Below, in pieces: positions 15,066 through 32,100 of a DNA stretch of 64,000 nt (positions are counted from its first letter, which is position 1; each line of letters opens with the position of its first letter). Under the pieces are notes generated by a model that was given only the letters and a program-made list of their open reading frames with translations, was not told where the DNA came from and searched no databases. The position numbers and the translations under genes were made by a program. The DNA is from Macrostomum lignano (taxonomy: Eukaryota), in assembly GCA_002269645.1 (NCBI GenBank), contig NIVC01001937.1, forward strand, positions 1-64,000. Direction: 5' to 3'.

Positions 15066-15836
15066 AATATCCTAGTTTTTGTCAAAATTAACATAGACAA
15101 CACATTCCCGGCTCAGAATAGTACAATTTTTTAACGATTAAATAAGCAATCGTATTTTATATGCAGTTACTTAAGTCACCTGTACCTTCCGATAGAGGAG
15201 AGAATGCGGCGGAAAAACCGTCTGGATGCTTTTCACTTGAAAATTGGGGCTTAGAATCAATTTTCATTCCACAGCTTACTCGCAAAATAAGGAGTGACAC
15301 ATCTTAGGTTTAACTAATCTTAGTAGAATTCCCTAGACTAAGAAATCCCTGTTTAGAAAATTCGAACCCATGAGTTATGGAATTGCGGTAGTTCCACTCC
15401 CAAGAGTTGTTAGTAATGCAGTAATTAGAGCCGGCTAACTCAAGCTTGGAGCATTTTGAGGAAAATAATGTGTACACAATAATAATTAGTGATGCAAAAG
15501 TTCCACCTTGAACTGTTGTTGCCACGGGGACCATTGAGTCCGCACTATTGCGGTAAAGATCAAAGGTGTCAGGTCGGTCAAGGCGGTGAGTCAGTGAAGG
15601 GACTTGATGAGTACGTACGTGGCATTTCTGCGGTGCGACCCTCCGTGGTCTGCCACTGGATCGGCGCAGTGGTCAGCGGATTCGGGTGGGAAGGGGGTGG
15701 TTAGCAAATTGACTGTTTGCTGCCAGCTGAGTAATTGGGACTCAATTCTAATCAATAACGATAAATAATTAGTGAAACAGAAGCAGATCTGCGGAGCCGT
15801 ATGCTGCCGCGCGAGACTGGCGCTCCGGTCTGACCG

Positions 15837-16955
<1,119 letters not shown>

Positions 16956-17555
16956 AGGGCTGGAATTCGGTCAGACCACTGCCAGAGCCAGTTAAATCTG
17001 AAGTGCGCCACTCGAAAGCTTTAGACAAAACCGACTCGCATCAAAACAAAAAGAACTGAACGATAAAACAATTTTGAAGCTTTTGAATAAGCAGGAAGCT
17101 GATAGGCATCGGCCAGAATGAGAGGGCTGAATATAATAGGGGGAATGGGGTGGGGGAAAGTGACGAATGAGGACGGAATAGGATAGGCTGGGCGGAATAG
17201 GGGGTGGAATAAGGGGACTGGGGCAGAATAAGAGGCGGAATAGGGGGGACTGGGGCGGATTGGGTGGAATATGGCGGAATAGGATGATAAGTTTAATCTC
17301 GAATTGAAGCCACGATTGTCAGACTGCCATGCAGTCTTCCACATTTACTTTAAGTCGATATTGCCTAGTTATAGTTGAGGCGCACTTCAAGCTGACACGA
17401 ATTGCTATGAAGTCACAAAGTATGAAATCATATGAAATGCAAAATTGCACCACAGCCAATCGAAGTAGGTGAATGAGACTCACATCGAGTTAATTGCACT
17501 CAACAGGCAAGGAACAACAGGTAGATTAAAATTGAATCGTGTTACTAACTCAGCG

Positions 17556-19143
17556 CTAGCAGGCAATAAAGAGCTCACCGATATTTGTGTAGATGATCAC
17601 CACGATGACTCCCAGCAGGAAAACAACTCCTAGCGTGATGAAGATAACGTTGAGTATTTTTCGAAGAAGTGGCAACTGCAGATCCTGAATTAAATCTTGA
17701 TGATCGTCATCCACCTGCTTGTCCTGCGAGTGAAATGGGTTGCGGATGCGACTGTCTTGCGAGTGACGAGCTGGTTGAGTGACAGGCTGGTAGAGTGACA
17801 GGCTGGTAGAGTGACAGGCTGGTAGAGTGACAGGCTGGTAGAGTGACAGGCTGGTAGAGTGACAGGCTGGTAGAGTGACAGGCTGGTAGAGTGACAGGCT
17901 GGTAGAGTGACAGGCTGGTAGAGTGACAGGCTGGTAGAGTGACAGGCTGGTAGAGTGACAGGCTGGTAGAGTGACAGACTGGTAGAGTGACAGGCTGGTA
18001 GAGTGACAGGCTGGTAAAGGGATTAGAGAGTAGAGTGACAGCAGTGACGGAGAGTAGAGTGACAACAGTGACGGAGAGTGGAGTGACAAAAGTGACGGAG
18101 AGTGGAGTGACAAGAGTGACGGAGAGTAGAGTGACAGCAGTGACGGAGAGTAGAGTGACAACAGTGACGGAGAGTAGAATGACAAGAGTGGCAGACTGAT
18201 AGGAGAGTGATAAGGGATAAGAGAGTGGCAAGATGGACAGAGTGACGCAGTGACGGAAATGTGGCCAGCCGGCAAAGCAAACCTGCAGAAAGGTGATGAT
18301 CCGGTCCACAGTCGGGTGCTTCCTAGCCTGGCGAATGATCTTCTTTCGTCCTTTAAATTGCTGCCTCCGTCGCCGCCGTCGTCTCGCTGCCGCTGCTGCC
18401 GCTGCTGCTCCTGAGGCAAATCCGCGGCCGCTCCGTCGTCGATCGCCTCAGTCGGTCTGGGCAGCAGCGGCTCCTTGGCCTCGCAGCACTGGCCTCGGCT
18501 GGCCGAGCCGTTGGTGTTGGGCGGCCGGCGGCCGGCGGGTGCAGATGAGTCCCCCGCCTGCGACTGCGTGAACCGCATGGCGTCGCCTCGGCTTCCTGTG
18601 AGGATGACGGAGAAGCGGATGCTGGAGTTCATCGGGATTGCTATGGCGGAATGAGAGAGGAATGGGGCGGATCGGGGGAATCGGGGCGGAATCGGGGCGG
18701 AATCGGGGCGGATTTGGGCCGAATCGGAGCGGAATCAGGGCGGAATGGGGGCGGAATAAGGAATGGGGGTGGAATCGAGGCGGAATTGGAGCGGAATAGG
18801 GGAGGAATCGGGGCGGAATCGGAGCGGAATAGGGGCGGAATCGGAGCGGAATCGGAGCGGAATCGGAGCGGAATCGGAGCGGAATCGGAGCGGAATCGGG
18901 GCGGAATCGGAGCAGAATAGGGGAGGAATCGGGGCGGAATCGGAGCGGAATAGGGGCGGAATCGGGGCGGAATCTCACCTCGGATCTGCTTAATCGTTGG
19001 CGGCAGGGCGAACGCAGCCTCCGCAGTGGAGATATTGTGCCGATCCAGCAGATCGTTTGCTGACCTGCCTGCCATGACCGAACGGATCGGAGGGGGCAAG
19101 GGGCGCGAACTTGGGACTCTAGCAGCGAAATCGAAGAGGAGCT
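17556..19143 (-). CDS. Hypothetical multi-exon protein with C-terminal TM helix; exons ~19143-18979, ~18640-18283, ~17722-17578
   Basis: Canonical donors (CCGAG|GTGAGA, CTGCAG|GTTTGC, ATCG|GTGAGC) and acceptors flank repeat-filled introns. TM segment ILNVIFITLGVVFLLGVIVVIIYT. One frame change is needed inside the middle exon. Probable further exons lie upstream across the (GA)n tract. Confidence 0.5.
17770..18200. repeat. Adjacent 16-nt (GTAGAGTGACAGGCTG) and 24-nt minisatellites, intronic
   Basis: About 15 units of the 16-mer (17770-18010), then about 7 units of the 24-mer. Confidence 0.9.
18665..18975. repeat. 11-nt minisatellite (GGAGCGGAATC), intronic
   Basis: About 27 units starting directly after the minus-strand donor. 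Confidence 0.9.
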
Positions 19144-19515
19144 GCCGCAAGCGATGTCGGGAGCAGAGCGGGTGGGGATTTTAGCTGCTAAAAAATCCAG
19201 CTCTATCCGGATAGAACACTGATGAGGAATAGGAGCTGGGGTGGGGAGGCTGAAGAGAGGTTGAGCAGACCGCCCGCCTGCCGGAGTACTCGTGACCTGG
19301 GGAACCGGGATCTGAACGCTGGGAGAGGAGGCTGCACGGCTGGCTACATCAGATTTTCTCCCCCCTCTAGCCAAATAGTAAAGTAAGGTAGCGATTGGTT
19401 GCGAGCCTGGGCAAAAAAGGGGAAGAAAAAGAGAGAGAAAGAGGGGTCAGGAAAAACCTCTGTGAGCTTGCGTCGGGATGGGAGAGGCTTTGGTGTCTCT
19501 CCCTCCTCGTAAGTG

Positions 19516-20720
<1,205 letters not shown>

Positions 20721-21481
20721 AGCAGTGTGGGATGAAGCTGAAAGAGCCAAGGGGATTTTGGATTCTGCTTTCGGCTTTTCTTGTCTTAGCCCGCCGTGCT
20801 CAGCCGAAACTGAAACTGGCGAGAGCTGTAGAGAGGAGAGAACGTTTGAGACTCTCCCACAAATCCATTGGCTCTGCTGGCAGCCCGGCGTTAGGAGAAG
20901 GATTAGTATAGGATGGGATGGGAGAGAGTCCCCTCTGTGAGCGTGGTCGCTGGGATCTGGGCTAGGTGGGGACCCGGCAATTCAAAATGGGGATCGCATT
21001 TCAGCCCGAACAGAGCAGCTCAGCTCGACATGCACGGCTTCGGGTCAGGCGGTTCGATGATTTCAGTAATTGATTTTTGCTAGCTGGGTTCGCCGCCCTG
21101 TCTACACAGACTGAGCAGTTTGCCAATGTACTTTTAAATTAGTTCGCTTAGAACCACAAAAAAGGCGAGAGCGGTTGAGCCATTCTATCCCTTAAGTTCT
21201 TAAGTTTAGCTTCATGGAGAGTGGGAGTGGTCGATGTCAAGCGTCTGTTTACATAGTAGAACATTCTGGAATGTCCACGAGGTGTCTGTGTGGTTCCATG
21301 ACTTTGCAAATTTCTTAGAAAGTGACATTTGAAAAAAATACACTACTCAATTTATTGAAAGTTTTCCCGTGTTGCTTCTCTCTCTCGCTCTCTCTGTTAG
21401 AACATGCCCCAGCAACAAAGGCTGCCCATAGACACAGAAGCTCCCATCCGCTAACACGGATGCAAACGCGTTAGTGCATCG

Positions 21482-23645
<2,164 letters not shown>

Positions 23646-23825
23646 GGCGGCGGCGCTGGGCGACATTATTTTGTTTGTTGGCATGCAAGCATTTTATTGA
23701 GAAAAAATTTCTAAATATAGAAGATTTTCGATTTGCTTTTTCTATCAAAATTGAATGAAGATTGGTAGGTGTGCCGAACAGTAATGGATCCTGCTCCAGA
23801 TGCGTGGGCATCGATCAAGCTGCTA

Positions 23826-24335
23826 CAAAGTGGTTACAGTCACAACTGAGTCAAAGTGGTTGCAGTCACAACTGAGTCAAAGTGGTTACAGTCACAACTG
23901 AGTCAAAGTGGTTGCAGTCACAACTGAGCCAAAGTGGTTGCAGTCACAATTGAGCCAAAGTGGTTGCAGTCACAATTGAGCCAAAGTGGTCACAACTGAG
24001 CCAAAGTGGTTGCAGTCACAATTGAGTCAAAGTGGTTGCAGTCACAATTGAGTCAAAGTGGTTGCAGTCACAATTGAGTCAAAGTGGTTGCAGTCACAAT
24101 TGAGTCAAAGTGGTTGCAGTCACAATTGAGTCAAAGTGGTTGCAGTCACAATTGAGTCAAAGTGGTTGCAGTCACAATTGAGTCAAAGTGGTTGCAGTCA
24201 CAACTGAGCCAAAGTGGTTGCAGTCACAACTGAGCCAAAGTGGTTGCAGTCACAACTGAGCCAAAGTGGTTGCAGTCACAACTGAGCCAAAGTGGTTGCA
24301 GTCACAATTGAGTCAAAGTGGTTGCAGTCACAATT
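23826..24335. repeat. 26-nt minisatellite (CAAAGTGGTTGCAGTCACAATTGAGT)
   Basis: About 19 units, abutting the 3' end of a LINE fragment. Confidence 0.95.
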
Positions 24336-25010
24336 GAGCCTTCAATGAGGCCCCATGTCCTTCTCCTCATCTCTGTGGAGTCCAGCAGGTGCTCAAACGT
24401 CTCATACTTCTCTCCCCACATCCGGCAACTTCCCTCATTCTGCAGACCGATTCTCCTTCTATACGCGGCCAGCTCCAGCGAGTGCCCCGTTCTGTCCCTC
24501 CTGAAGCTGACCTCTTCCGCCCGGCTATCGAACCCCGGATCCCGGCTTCCATGCTTTGTGTTCCCATACGTCTTCTGCATCCCCTCATGCCTCCATTCTT
24601 TCTCCAGACGACTACATCGTCTCGATTTTTTAGCTACCAGGCTGGCCAGTATTCCAACCTCCTCCACCCTCCGAAGCCGCCGTGTCGTTCGCCACCTCAT
24701 CCGCCAACTCATTCCTCCAGGCTCGGGATCCAGAGCATGGTGACCGAACCCTAGTCTTCGAGCGCATGCAGCTCTCTGCAGATCCAGACCGCCAGCGGGT
24801 TGCCTCCACAGCTCTGGATAGACTGCAGCCTATCAGTCGGAGGTTCCTCCTGCAACCTGGTGATGTCCAGCTCTCACTTCCTGAGCAGCTCCCATGCCAT
24901 CTGATTCCAGTAACTCCTATGAAGCCTTTAACGTCCACCATCCTTAGCCACCTTCCATCGGAGCGAGCCGGCTTCACTGCGGAGTATGCCATCAAGTTTC
25001 TTCACCGCCC
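24335..25010 (-). mobile_element. 5'-truncated, degenerate I-group/Ingi-like non-LTR retrotransposon (RNase H end + C-terminal zinc knuckle)
   Basis: NELADEVA (RNase H end) and RTGHSLELAAYRRRIGLQNEGSCRMWGEKYETFEHLL, matching the RTGH...C-x2-C...H C-terminal motif. Confidence 0.75.
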
Positions 25011-25612
25011 TCCACTGTTGTCATCAGATTCTAGCGGTTGTTCTAAAAATAAATTTGTTGTCTATGGTCCAAAATATGCTAATACGCTCGTAGTAACGAG
25101 GATGAAAGATTGATGTGACATTTATGCCCGATAAGTCGGGTTTATCAATTATTCGCTTAATTTATAGTATATACATCCTCTTGCCCGTGCAACATATGCT
25201 GAATTGGCTGCGTAGCTATCCAACGCAATCAGCCCAGTTGAAATTGCAGCTGCAGGTGGCATATGAAACCCACAGTAGTGCCTAAATGGTAAATTACTTC
25301 ACCGTGCAATTGGAAATTAATGGCCACCCCAGCTCCACTCCAACTTGTTCGGACGTGTACCAAAGTGAGTGAGTGGGCTGGGCCTTTATGCACTGCCCAG
25401 TGCATATTGGTGTGGTAAGGAGTTAAAAAAAATCGCATCAAGATTTGAACTGACAAGCATGCCGATTTTCTGCATCTGCTTTCGCGGTCAGTTATAAGAC
25501 ATTTATCTAAGCGCTTGACTAAGTTGTTGGCGTCATCTGACTTGGACTTTTACCTGTTGCAATACAGATTTGAGCCTCTAGTGCAAACACTGCTGTCGCT
25601 TTGCTCGAGAAG

Positions 25613-25954
25613 ATGAAGAAGATGAAAGAGCTGGTGCTAATCGTTGGCGGCTTTGTCATGTTCATGCTCTTCATTTGCGTCTATTGCTGCAAAAAGGCGG
25701 CTGCTGGATGCGGACGGCAGCGGACTGGCAGCAATCCAAATCGCGTCAACGTTCAGGTGCACCCGCCAGTGGCTGCGATCGCGGCTGGGGAGGGCTGGCC
25801 GACATCGTCCATGCTGCCACCACCGCAGTCGATGCATCAGCAGCGGCAGTACTACCAGCAACAGCAGCACCAGCAGCAGTACCAGCACCAGCAGCAGCGG
25901 CAGTTCCAGCCGCCGCCGCCGTCATACGAAGAAGCGACGCGAAACGGCTGCTGA
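25613..25954 (+). CDS. Small single-pass membrane protein with juxtamembrane Cys, poly-Q and PPSY (PPxY) motif, 113 aa
   Basis: TM LVLIVGGFVMFMLFICVYCC and C-terminal QPPPPSYEEA. An upstream acceptor TACAG at 25567 is followed by an in-frame stop, consistent with a 5' UTR. Confidence 0.7.
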   Translation: MKKMKELVLIVGGFVMFMLFICVYCCKKAAAGCGRQRTGSNPNRVNVQVHPPVAAIAAGEGWPTSSMLPPPQSMHQQRQYYQQQQHQQQYQHQQQRQFQPPPPSYEEATRNGC

Positions 25955-26419
25955 GGTCCCGGTGGGTGCAGACTGAAAAATTTTACCAAATGTGTCGCGT
26001 CAGGATTCAGTTAATTGATTGTACTAAGTTTTACGTTTTATTTACATTTGCCCGTTTTGTATAGTTGAAACCAAATCCTTGTCAAGAGCCCTTCAAGTAT
26101 CTCAGATATGTGCTCAAGGCTAGCAGTATTTATTATTTTATTCGTTCATAATTGAAAAACTAATTATAAGCCTCACAATGTGACCTGTTGAGAGGCGAAT
26201 CTCTGTGTCGTGGCGGACATTGCAACGTCCATTAGGGGACATTGACCCACTACTATCAGTAATTAACGTAAAACAGCTCAATAGTCAATCAATTGGACTT
26301 TTTTATCAAACTTTTTAACTCAGATTTCCCATCAGGATACCCATGAAATAGCCTCTGATCTGGTGACTGGCGCTTTTGTTTTGAATTTTCCGTGACGAGA
26401 CATTTCTACGATGTGTCTT

Positions 26420-27025
26420 TTCCAGGATGTGAATTTTCCAGGACATGAATTCTCCAGGATGTGAATTTTCAGGATGTGAATTCTCCAGGATGTGAACTCT
26501 CCAGGATGTGAACTCTACAGGATGTGAACTCTCCAGAGTGTTAATTTTCCAGGATGTGAATTCTCCAGGATGTGAATTTTCAGGATGTGAATTTTCCAGG
26601 ATGTGAATTCTCCAGGATGTGAATTCTCCAAGATGTGAATTTTTCAGGTTGTGAATTTTCAGGATGTGAATTTTCCAGGATGTGAATTTTCAGGATGTGA
26701 ATTTTCCAGGATGTGAGTTCTCCAGGATGTGAATTTTCCAGGATGTGAATTATCCAGGATGTGAATTTTTCAGGTTGTGAATTTTCAGGATGTGAATTTT
26801 CCAGGATGTGAATACTCCAGGATGTGAATTTTCCAGGATGTGAATTATCCAGGATGTGAATTTTTCAGGTTGTGAATTTTCAGGATGTGAATTTTCCAGG
26901 ATGTGAATTCTCCAGGATGTGAATTTTCCAGGATGTGAATTATCCAGGATGTGAATTTTTCAGGTTGTGAATTTTCAGGATGTGAATTCTCCAGGATGTG
27001 AATTCTCCAGGATGTGAATTCTCGA
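26420..27025. repeat. 15-16-nt minisatellite (AGGATGTGAATTTTCC)
   Basis: About 38 units. Confidence 0.95.
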
Positions 27026-27585
27026 GAATGTGAGATTCAAAGTAAAATACGAGCCATAGAAACGCTCATTGCTCAAGAGAGAAAAGGAATTTTATCAAGC
27101 ACCCTTAAGATTCATATTTCCAGTCAAATATTGCGTCGAAACTAGAAAATTAGTCCGAATGAATGGGTTAAATTTTAGTTCTATTACAACATAAACTTGC
27201 ATATTTAATAACATTTAAAATTTTGAGCATCCTAAAAGAAAATTAACTACTGAATGCCATCTCAGATTTTGTTGTACTTTTGTAGCTCAGTTAATTGTTA
27301 GTGATACATGTAAATGACACTAGAAGAACACACGCACGGTATCTGCTTGGCGAACGCAGGGTGCGAATTCGTTAAAAAGGTTTCACCTTAATTACAATGT
27401 ACACAGTTTGTGCACGCATAACTATATACTTATATTAATATTTAAATGCGTCAGTTTCCAGCTGGTACAGGCTATTCCAGCCATGTCTGACTCAGACTTT
27501 TGGCTCAGCACAGACTTATTTGGCTTGAGTTATCGTTAGCTCACGTGCTTACATTCGCGCTTGATTTCACTGGTGCCCACTGCCA

Positions 27586-28011
27586 ATGCTGCATGAGAAT
27601 GGCTGCCATCTTATCAGTAGGCTTCGGCAGCCAACCTCGAGAGAATTAGATAAATATGAATACCTCATGCGGCTCAAATTGTATTCGAACGCCTGGGTCG
27701 AAATTAAAGCAGAGATATACAATTATAAAAAGCAGAGAGAACACATGAGCTCACAATTCTATTGGATCATATCGGCCCCCATAGCCATTTCATTGCTACT
27801 GCCCTTCTGCTTCTGCATTTGCCGGTGCAACCAGAACAAAAGAACGAACAGAACTGGCCAGACTGAAAGTCAGCGGCCGCAGCGGCCTCAGCGGCCACAG
27901 CGACAGCAGCCGGTGCACACTCAGCCAACGGACTTTGCCATCTCAGTCATCTCCCACTCTCCGCCGCCTTCCTATGAAGAAGCGATGCGTCAAGCCCGCG
28001 CAGAGATGTGA
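27586..28011 (+). CDS. Second small TM-Cys-PPSY protein (start uncertain)
   Basis: TM FYWIISAPIAISLLLPFCFCICRC and C-terminal SPPPSYEEAM; same architecture as 25613-25954. Confidence 0.65.
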   Translation: MLHENGCHLISRLRQPTSRELDKYEYLMRLKLYSNAWVEIKAEIYNYKKQREHMSSQFYWIISAPIAISLLLPFCFCICRCNQNKRTNRTGQTESQRPQRPQRPQRQQPVHTQPTDFAISVISHSPPPSYEEAMRQARAEM

Positions 28012-28399
28012 CATCCGTCACCAGTAATAATTCTACTTTAAGTAGCTTGATTGATTTTTAAAGACAATATTCCACATATGTATATCGTTACTTTCTATAA
28101 ACAATGAAAATTGCTAATCTTCAGTGACTTCAGTTATTTTCAAGTGCATGCAGTTTATCTTAGAAGTATTATGTATAATATACAGTAAGTGTAAAAGATT
28201 TTATACATATTTTCAGTATAAAAAGAAATATAAAATATTTTTGTTGCCTTTTGATCGTTTAATTATAACTTCTCTTCTAAGAGCTGAAGGGATAGACAGT
28301 CAGGAAACTCAGAAATATATGTGCTTGTACAGTGTCAAAGTCAAGTATACTCATATTGATGCATTGTCTGAAGTCTGATTGTGATCAGCAAAATTCTAG

Positions 28400-29034
28400 T
28401 TTTGACTTTTAATAATGATTTTCAGACTAAAAAGCCAAATAATAATTGAATAAATGATTGACAGTTTGCATCCCTATCTGGCAGTGCAGGGTACAAATTG
28501 TCACTGATCACATGTTGAACTGATCGAACGTTTCCACGAACATAGCACCCCATGCCAGTCGCATTTCTCATAGTGATAATAATGTACCTTGGATTGCTAA
28601 AGGAACCCTCTTTATTGTATCTAGTGTCATGGCGATCATCTCAATAGGCTGTGTGAGCAATATCAATATCCTTCTCAATAATCTTCAAGTATTCTGCTTT
28701 CAGTGCATCTTCGGCTCAATGGTTTCAAGATACAGTTCCACACCAGCAAGTTTAATCTCCATTGTTGTATAGTCAAAGTCCAAATTTCTCATTTCGATCA
28801 TCTCTATATACCGGTAGTCAACCTAAATGTGTAGCTAAAGTTGTTTGTCAACGCAGAAACCACCCAAACATCTCTAAGGAACGAGTGGAAAAATATCAAC
28901 AGACCTAAACAGTGGATTCTTAGCAGCATCGGTTGCACCCGCAAGCTCATAATCATAATTTGTTTTCTTTTCATATAACCGGGGTCATCAACATCCCCTT
29001 TCTGCTCATTGGGGATGAAGCCAGCTCCACTCCC
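28400..29034 (-). pseudogene. Polinton/Maverick major capsid protein, 3' part (frameshifted)
   Basis: GSGAGFIPNE..PGYMKRK, VP(L)RD..GGFCVDK (28864-28844), KLAGVELYLETIEP..LKAEYLKIIE, NPRYIIITM (28595-28569) and TFDQFN occur in the order expected for the Polinton MCP motifs (IPL...FGFC.D, P....Y..IE, PR.III, TFD..N). Recognised from memory of the family. Confidence 0.65.
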
Positions 29035-29047
29035 AACAACAACAACA

Positions 29048-29156
29048 CCCGCTGTGCTTTACGCGCAGCCTGCGGCCCGCCCGCAGCTCCTACCCGGCGC
29101 CGCGTCTTCGTCGCGGAGGGGAGCCCCTCTCTTGGAAAGGGGTCGAAGAGCGCCGG
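29048..29156 (+). ncRNA. HDV-like self-cleaving ribozyme at the 5' end of the Ingi element
   Basis: Hand fold: P1 CCC+CTCC/GGAGGGG, P2 CCGGCGC/GCGCCGG, P3 GCG/CGC, L3 TCTTCGT, P1.1 CT/AG, P4 CCCCT/AGGGG, J4/2 T-C-GAA. Confidence 0.75.
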
Positions 29157-32100
29157 AAAACGGACACTCCGTCCCTCGTGCTTTTGGTTACTTGGATTGT
29201 TATCTTTCTCTGCAGCGCGTACCTGGACCACGGGAAGTTCGGCAGCGAGGCCCGCCACCTTCCCACGCTGCTGCTCAGGGCCGGTGATATCGAGCTTAAC
29301 CCACCCACCTCTGCGGGCAACGTGAGTGCGGACGCCCGCTCAGAGGGAAGTCCCTCCACTGCCGCATCTGTGATAAGTACTACCACCTCCAACGCGACTG
29401 CTCCGGGCTGAGCAGATGGGCGGCTAACAAAGCCATCGGCTCCACCGAATGGCGCTGCTTTAGCTGCACGAACCGAGGCAGCAACGCCGTTAATCCCCCT
29501 AATTCCTCCGACTCGGACAGCCAGCCAGAGGTGGCCCCTACAGAAGTCGCTGATGAAGTCAGCCGGCGACAAGAACTGCTCCAACGCATCCAACGAGACA
29601 AGCCGAACTGTACCCACTGCCGCAAACCCATCCGAATCAGCACCGTTATTGCCTGCTGTAACACCTGCCAAGGTTTCTTCCATAATGCTTGCACCCAGGC
29701 CACCCGGGATCAGATTAAACGCGAAGTCAGCAGGGGAATGTGGCGCTGCCCTCCTTGCTCGAAAGCAGCCAGCCTTAGTCCACCCTCCCCCTCGGGCTCG
29801 GACCCGACCATCCCGAGGCGCGGCCGCTCGGCTCCCGGATGGGACAGCTCGAAACCGACCTTAACCATTCTGCAATGGAACGCCGACGGGATCGGCAACA
29901 AGCTAGGGGAGCTGGAGGAACTAGCTCAGAGACTTCAGGTCGATATCATCACCGTCCAGGAGTCCAAGCTCACGTCGCTCAATCGAACCCCTAAGCTGTC
30001 AGGCTATACCACTGTTCGCAAGGATCGCAAAGTAGCTAGGCTCGACCCCAGCATCAAAGGAGGAGGACTGTTGCTCTTCGTCCGCCAAGGCATTCCGTAT
30101 CGTAAAATCCAGGGCTGGAACGGCGGCACCACTGAAGGGAGCCGTATCGTCGTGAACACGTCCGCCCGCGACAGACTTATCATCACCAATATTTATCGCC
30201 CCCCGATCCGGCGTATCGAAGGCGAGGACCACCGCTGCCACCACCGCGAGATCATCACGGGTGACTTTAACCTGCACCACCCATCCTGGGGGGCGACGCC
30301 GACCAGGGCCGGGACAGCCTGCCTCAATCCCGTTGCCTTATCAACTGGTGTTCCTCTACAAACTACCGGATACTTAACTCCGGAACTCACACCTGCATCG
30401 ACCGTCACTCAGGGCGCTCCAGCGCTCCCGACCTCTCCATTGCCAGCCAGGAGATCGCCCCCCGCTGCACCTGGTCCACTCTTAACGAACTTGGATCGGA
30501 TCACAAACCTATCCTGATCTCTATCAGCACTGCGCGGGACACTCTTCGAGCGACACCCAGATTCCACTGGGCTTGGAAAAAAGCCGACTGGTCTCAGTTC
30601 AGGTCCATTCTTGAGGAAGACTGTGTACACCTCAACCGAGGTTCCATCAAAAAACAGGTCAGCCGGCTTACCAAAGGTATGCTCAAAGCGGCAGAGCTGG
30701 CCATCCCGCGAAAAAAGGTCTCCATCAAAAATAAACCGTACTGGGATGACGAGCTGAGCAAACTGCGTAATCATCGCAACGCTCTCCGTGAAGCCGCCGC
30801 CCCGCCCGAGGAATGGCGCGCTAAAAGCCAGGAGCTTATCAAGCGCTGCGGCGAAAAGAAACATGAATTCTGGAAGGACTTTATCGGAAAAATGGCCGAA
30901 TCCGAGGACCCCAAAAAGGTCTGGAACACCATCAAATGCCTTAGCAACGGCAAACAAGCGGCCCACCCTAACGAGAACCTGGTCGTAGACGGAAAGGAAC
31001 TCTGTACCGACAAGGACAAAGCCAACGCCTTCGGCAGATATTATGAAGACATTAGCACTCTGAAGCACGACGCCACCCACCGCAAATTCAAGGTGCAAAC
31101 GGCTACTCGCCTAGCCTCCTATGAGGCGGACGACGACAACTATCGCCGTGACTTTACCGAGGGTGAACTGCTCAGAGCTATCCACAGACTTGATCCCAGC
31201 AAGAAATGCGGCCCCGATGGCATTGAAGCAGCGTTCTTTCTGCACCTGCCCGACCGCTGGAGAGCCGCGTGGGCTCAAGGTCTTCAACCGCTGCTGGCGC
31301 ACTGGACACTGCCCTGGCCCCTGGAAGCAAGCTATCATCATTCCTCTGCTCAAGGAGGGCAAGGACCCCAAGGACCGAAGCAGTTACAGACCAGTTAGCC
31401 TCACTTCCATCTGCTGCAAAATACTCGAAAGACTCATTCTGGACCGCCTTTACTACTGGCTGGAGCGACATAGAAAGATTCAATTATGGCAAGCAGGCTT
31501 CCAACGAGGTCGGGGCTGCGAAGAACAGGTCGCCCGCCTGGTCCAGGCCATTCAAGACGGTTAGGAGCGTAACCCGCATCTCAAAACCCTTGCCGTGCTC
31601 ATAGACTGCTCCAGAGCGTTTGACAGAGTCTGGAGGGCCCGACTCCTCGCCCGGATGATGGACGAGGGCCTTCCCGCCTGTATGGTCAAATGGTTTGACA
31701 GTTTCCTTGAGGGCCGCCAAATTGCCGTTAGAATCGGCGCGACCACTGGAAAATGGCGCCGGCTCCGTGAGGGAGTCCCGCAAGGGCTGTCAGCTCGCCG
31801 GCCCTCTTCCTTCTCTACGTTAACGCCTGGTCCGACTACATGACGGCGAATGTCGAATATAGCGGCTACGCTGACGACATCGCACTCTGGACGACGGGCC
31901 ACGACATCCGAGAGCTCCTCGCTCGCACTCAAGATGCGCTCCAGAAGATCGAACAGTGGGCAGATCACCTGCGCATTGACCTTAATCCATCCAAGACCGA
32001 GTGCTGCCTCTACAGCAGGGACCGCGCCGACCGCGACCGCGCTCTTCACCTCTCGCTGAACGGCCACTCGATCCCCTCCAAGAAAGAACTGAAGTTCCTC

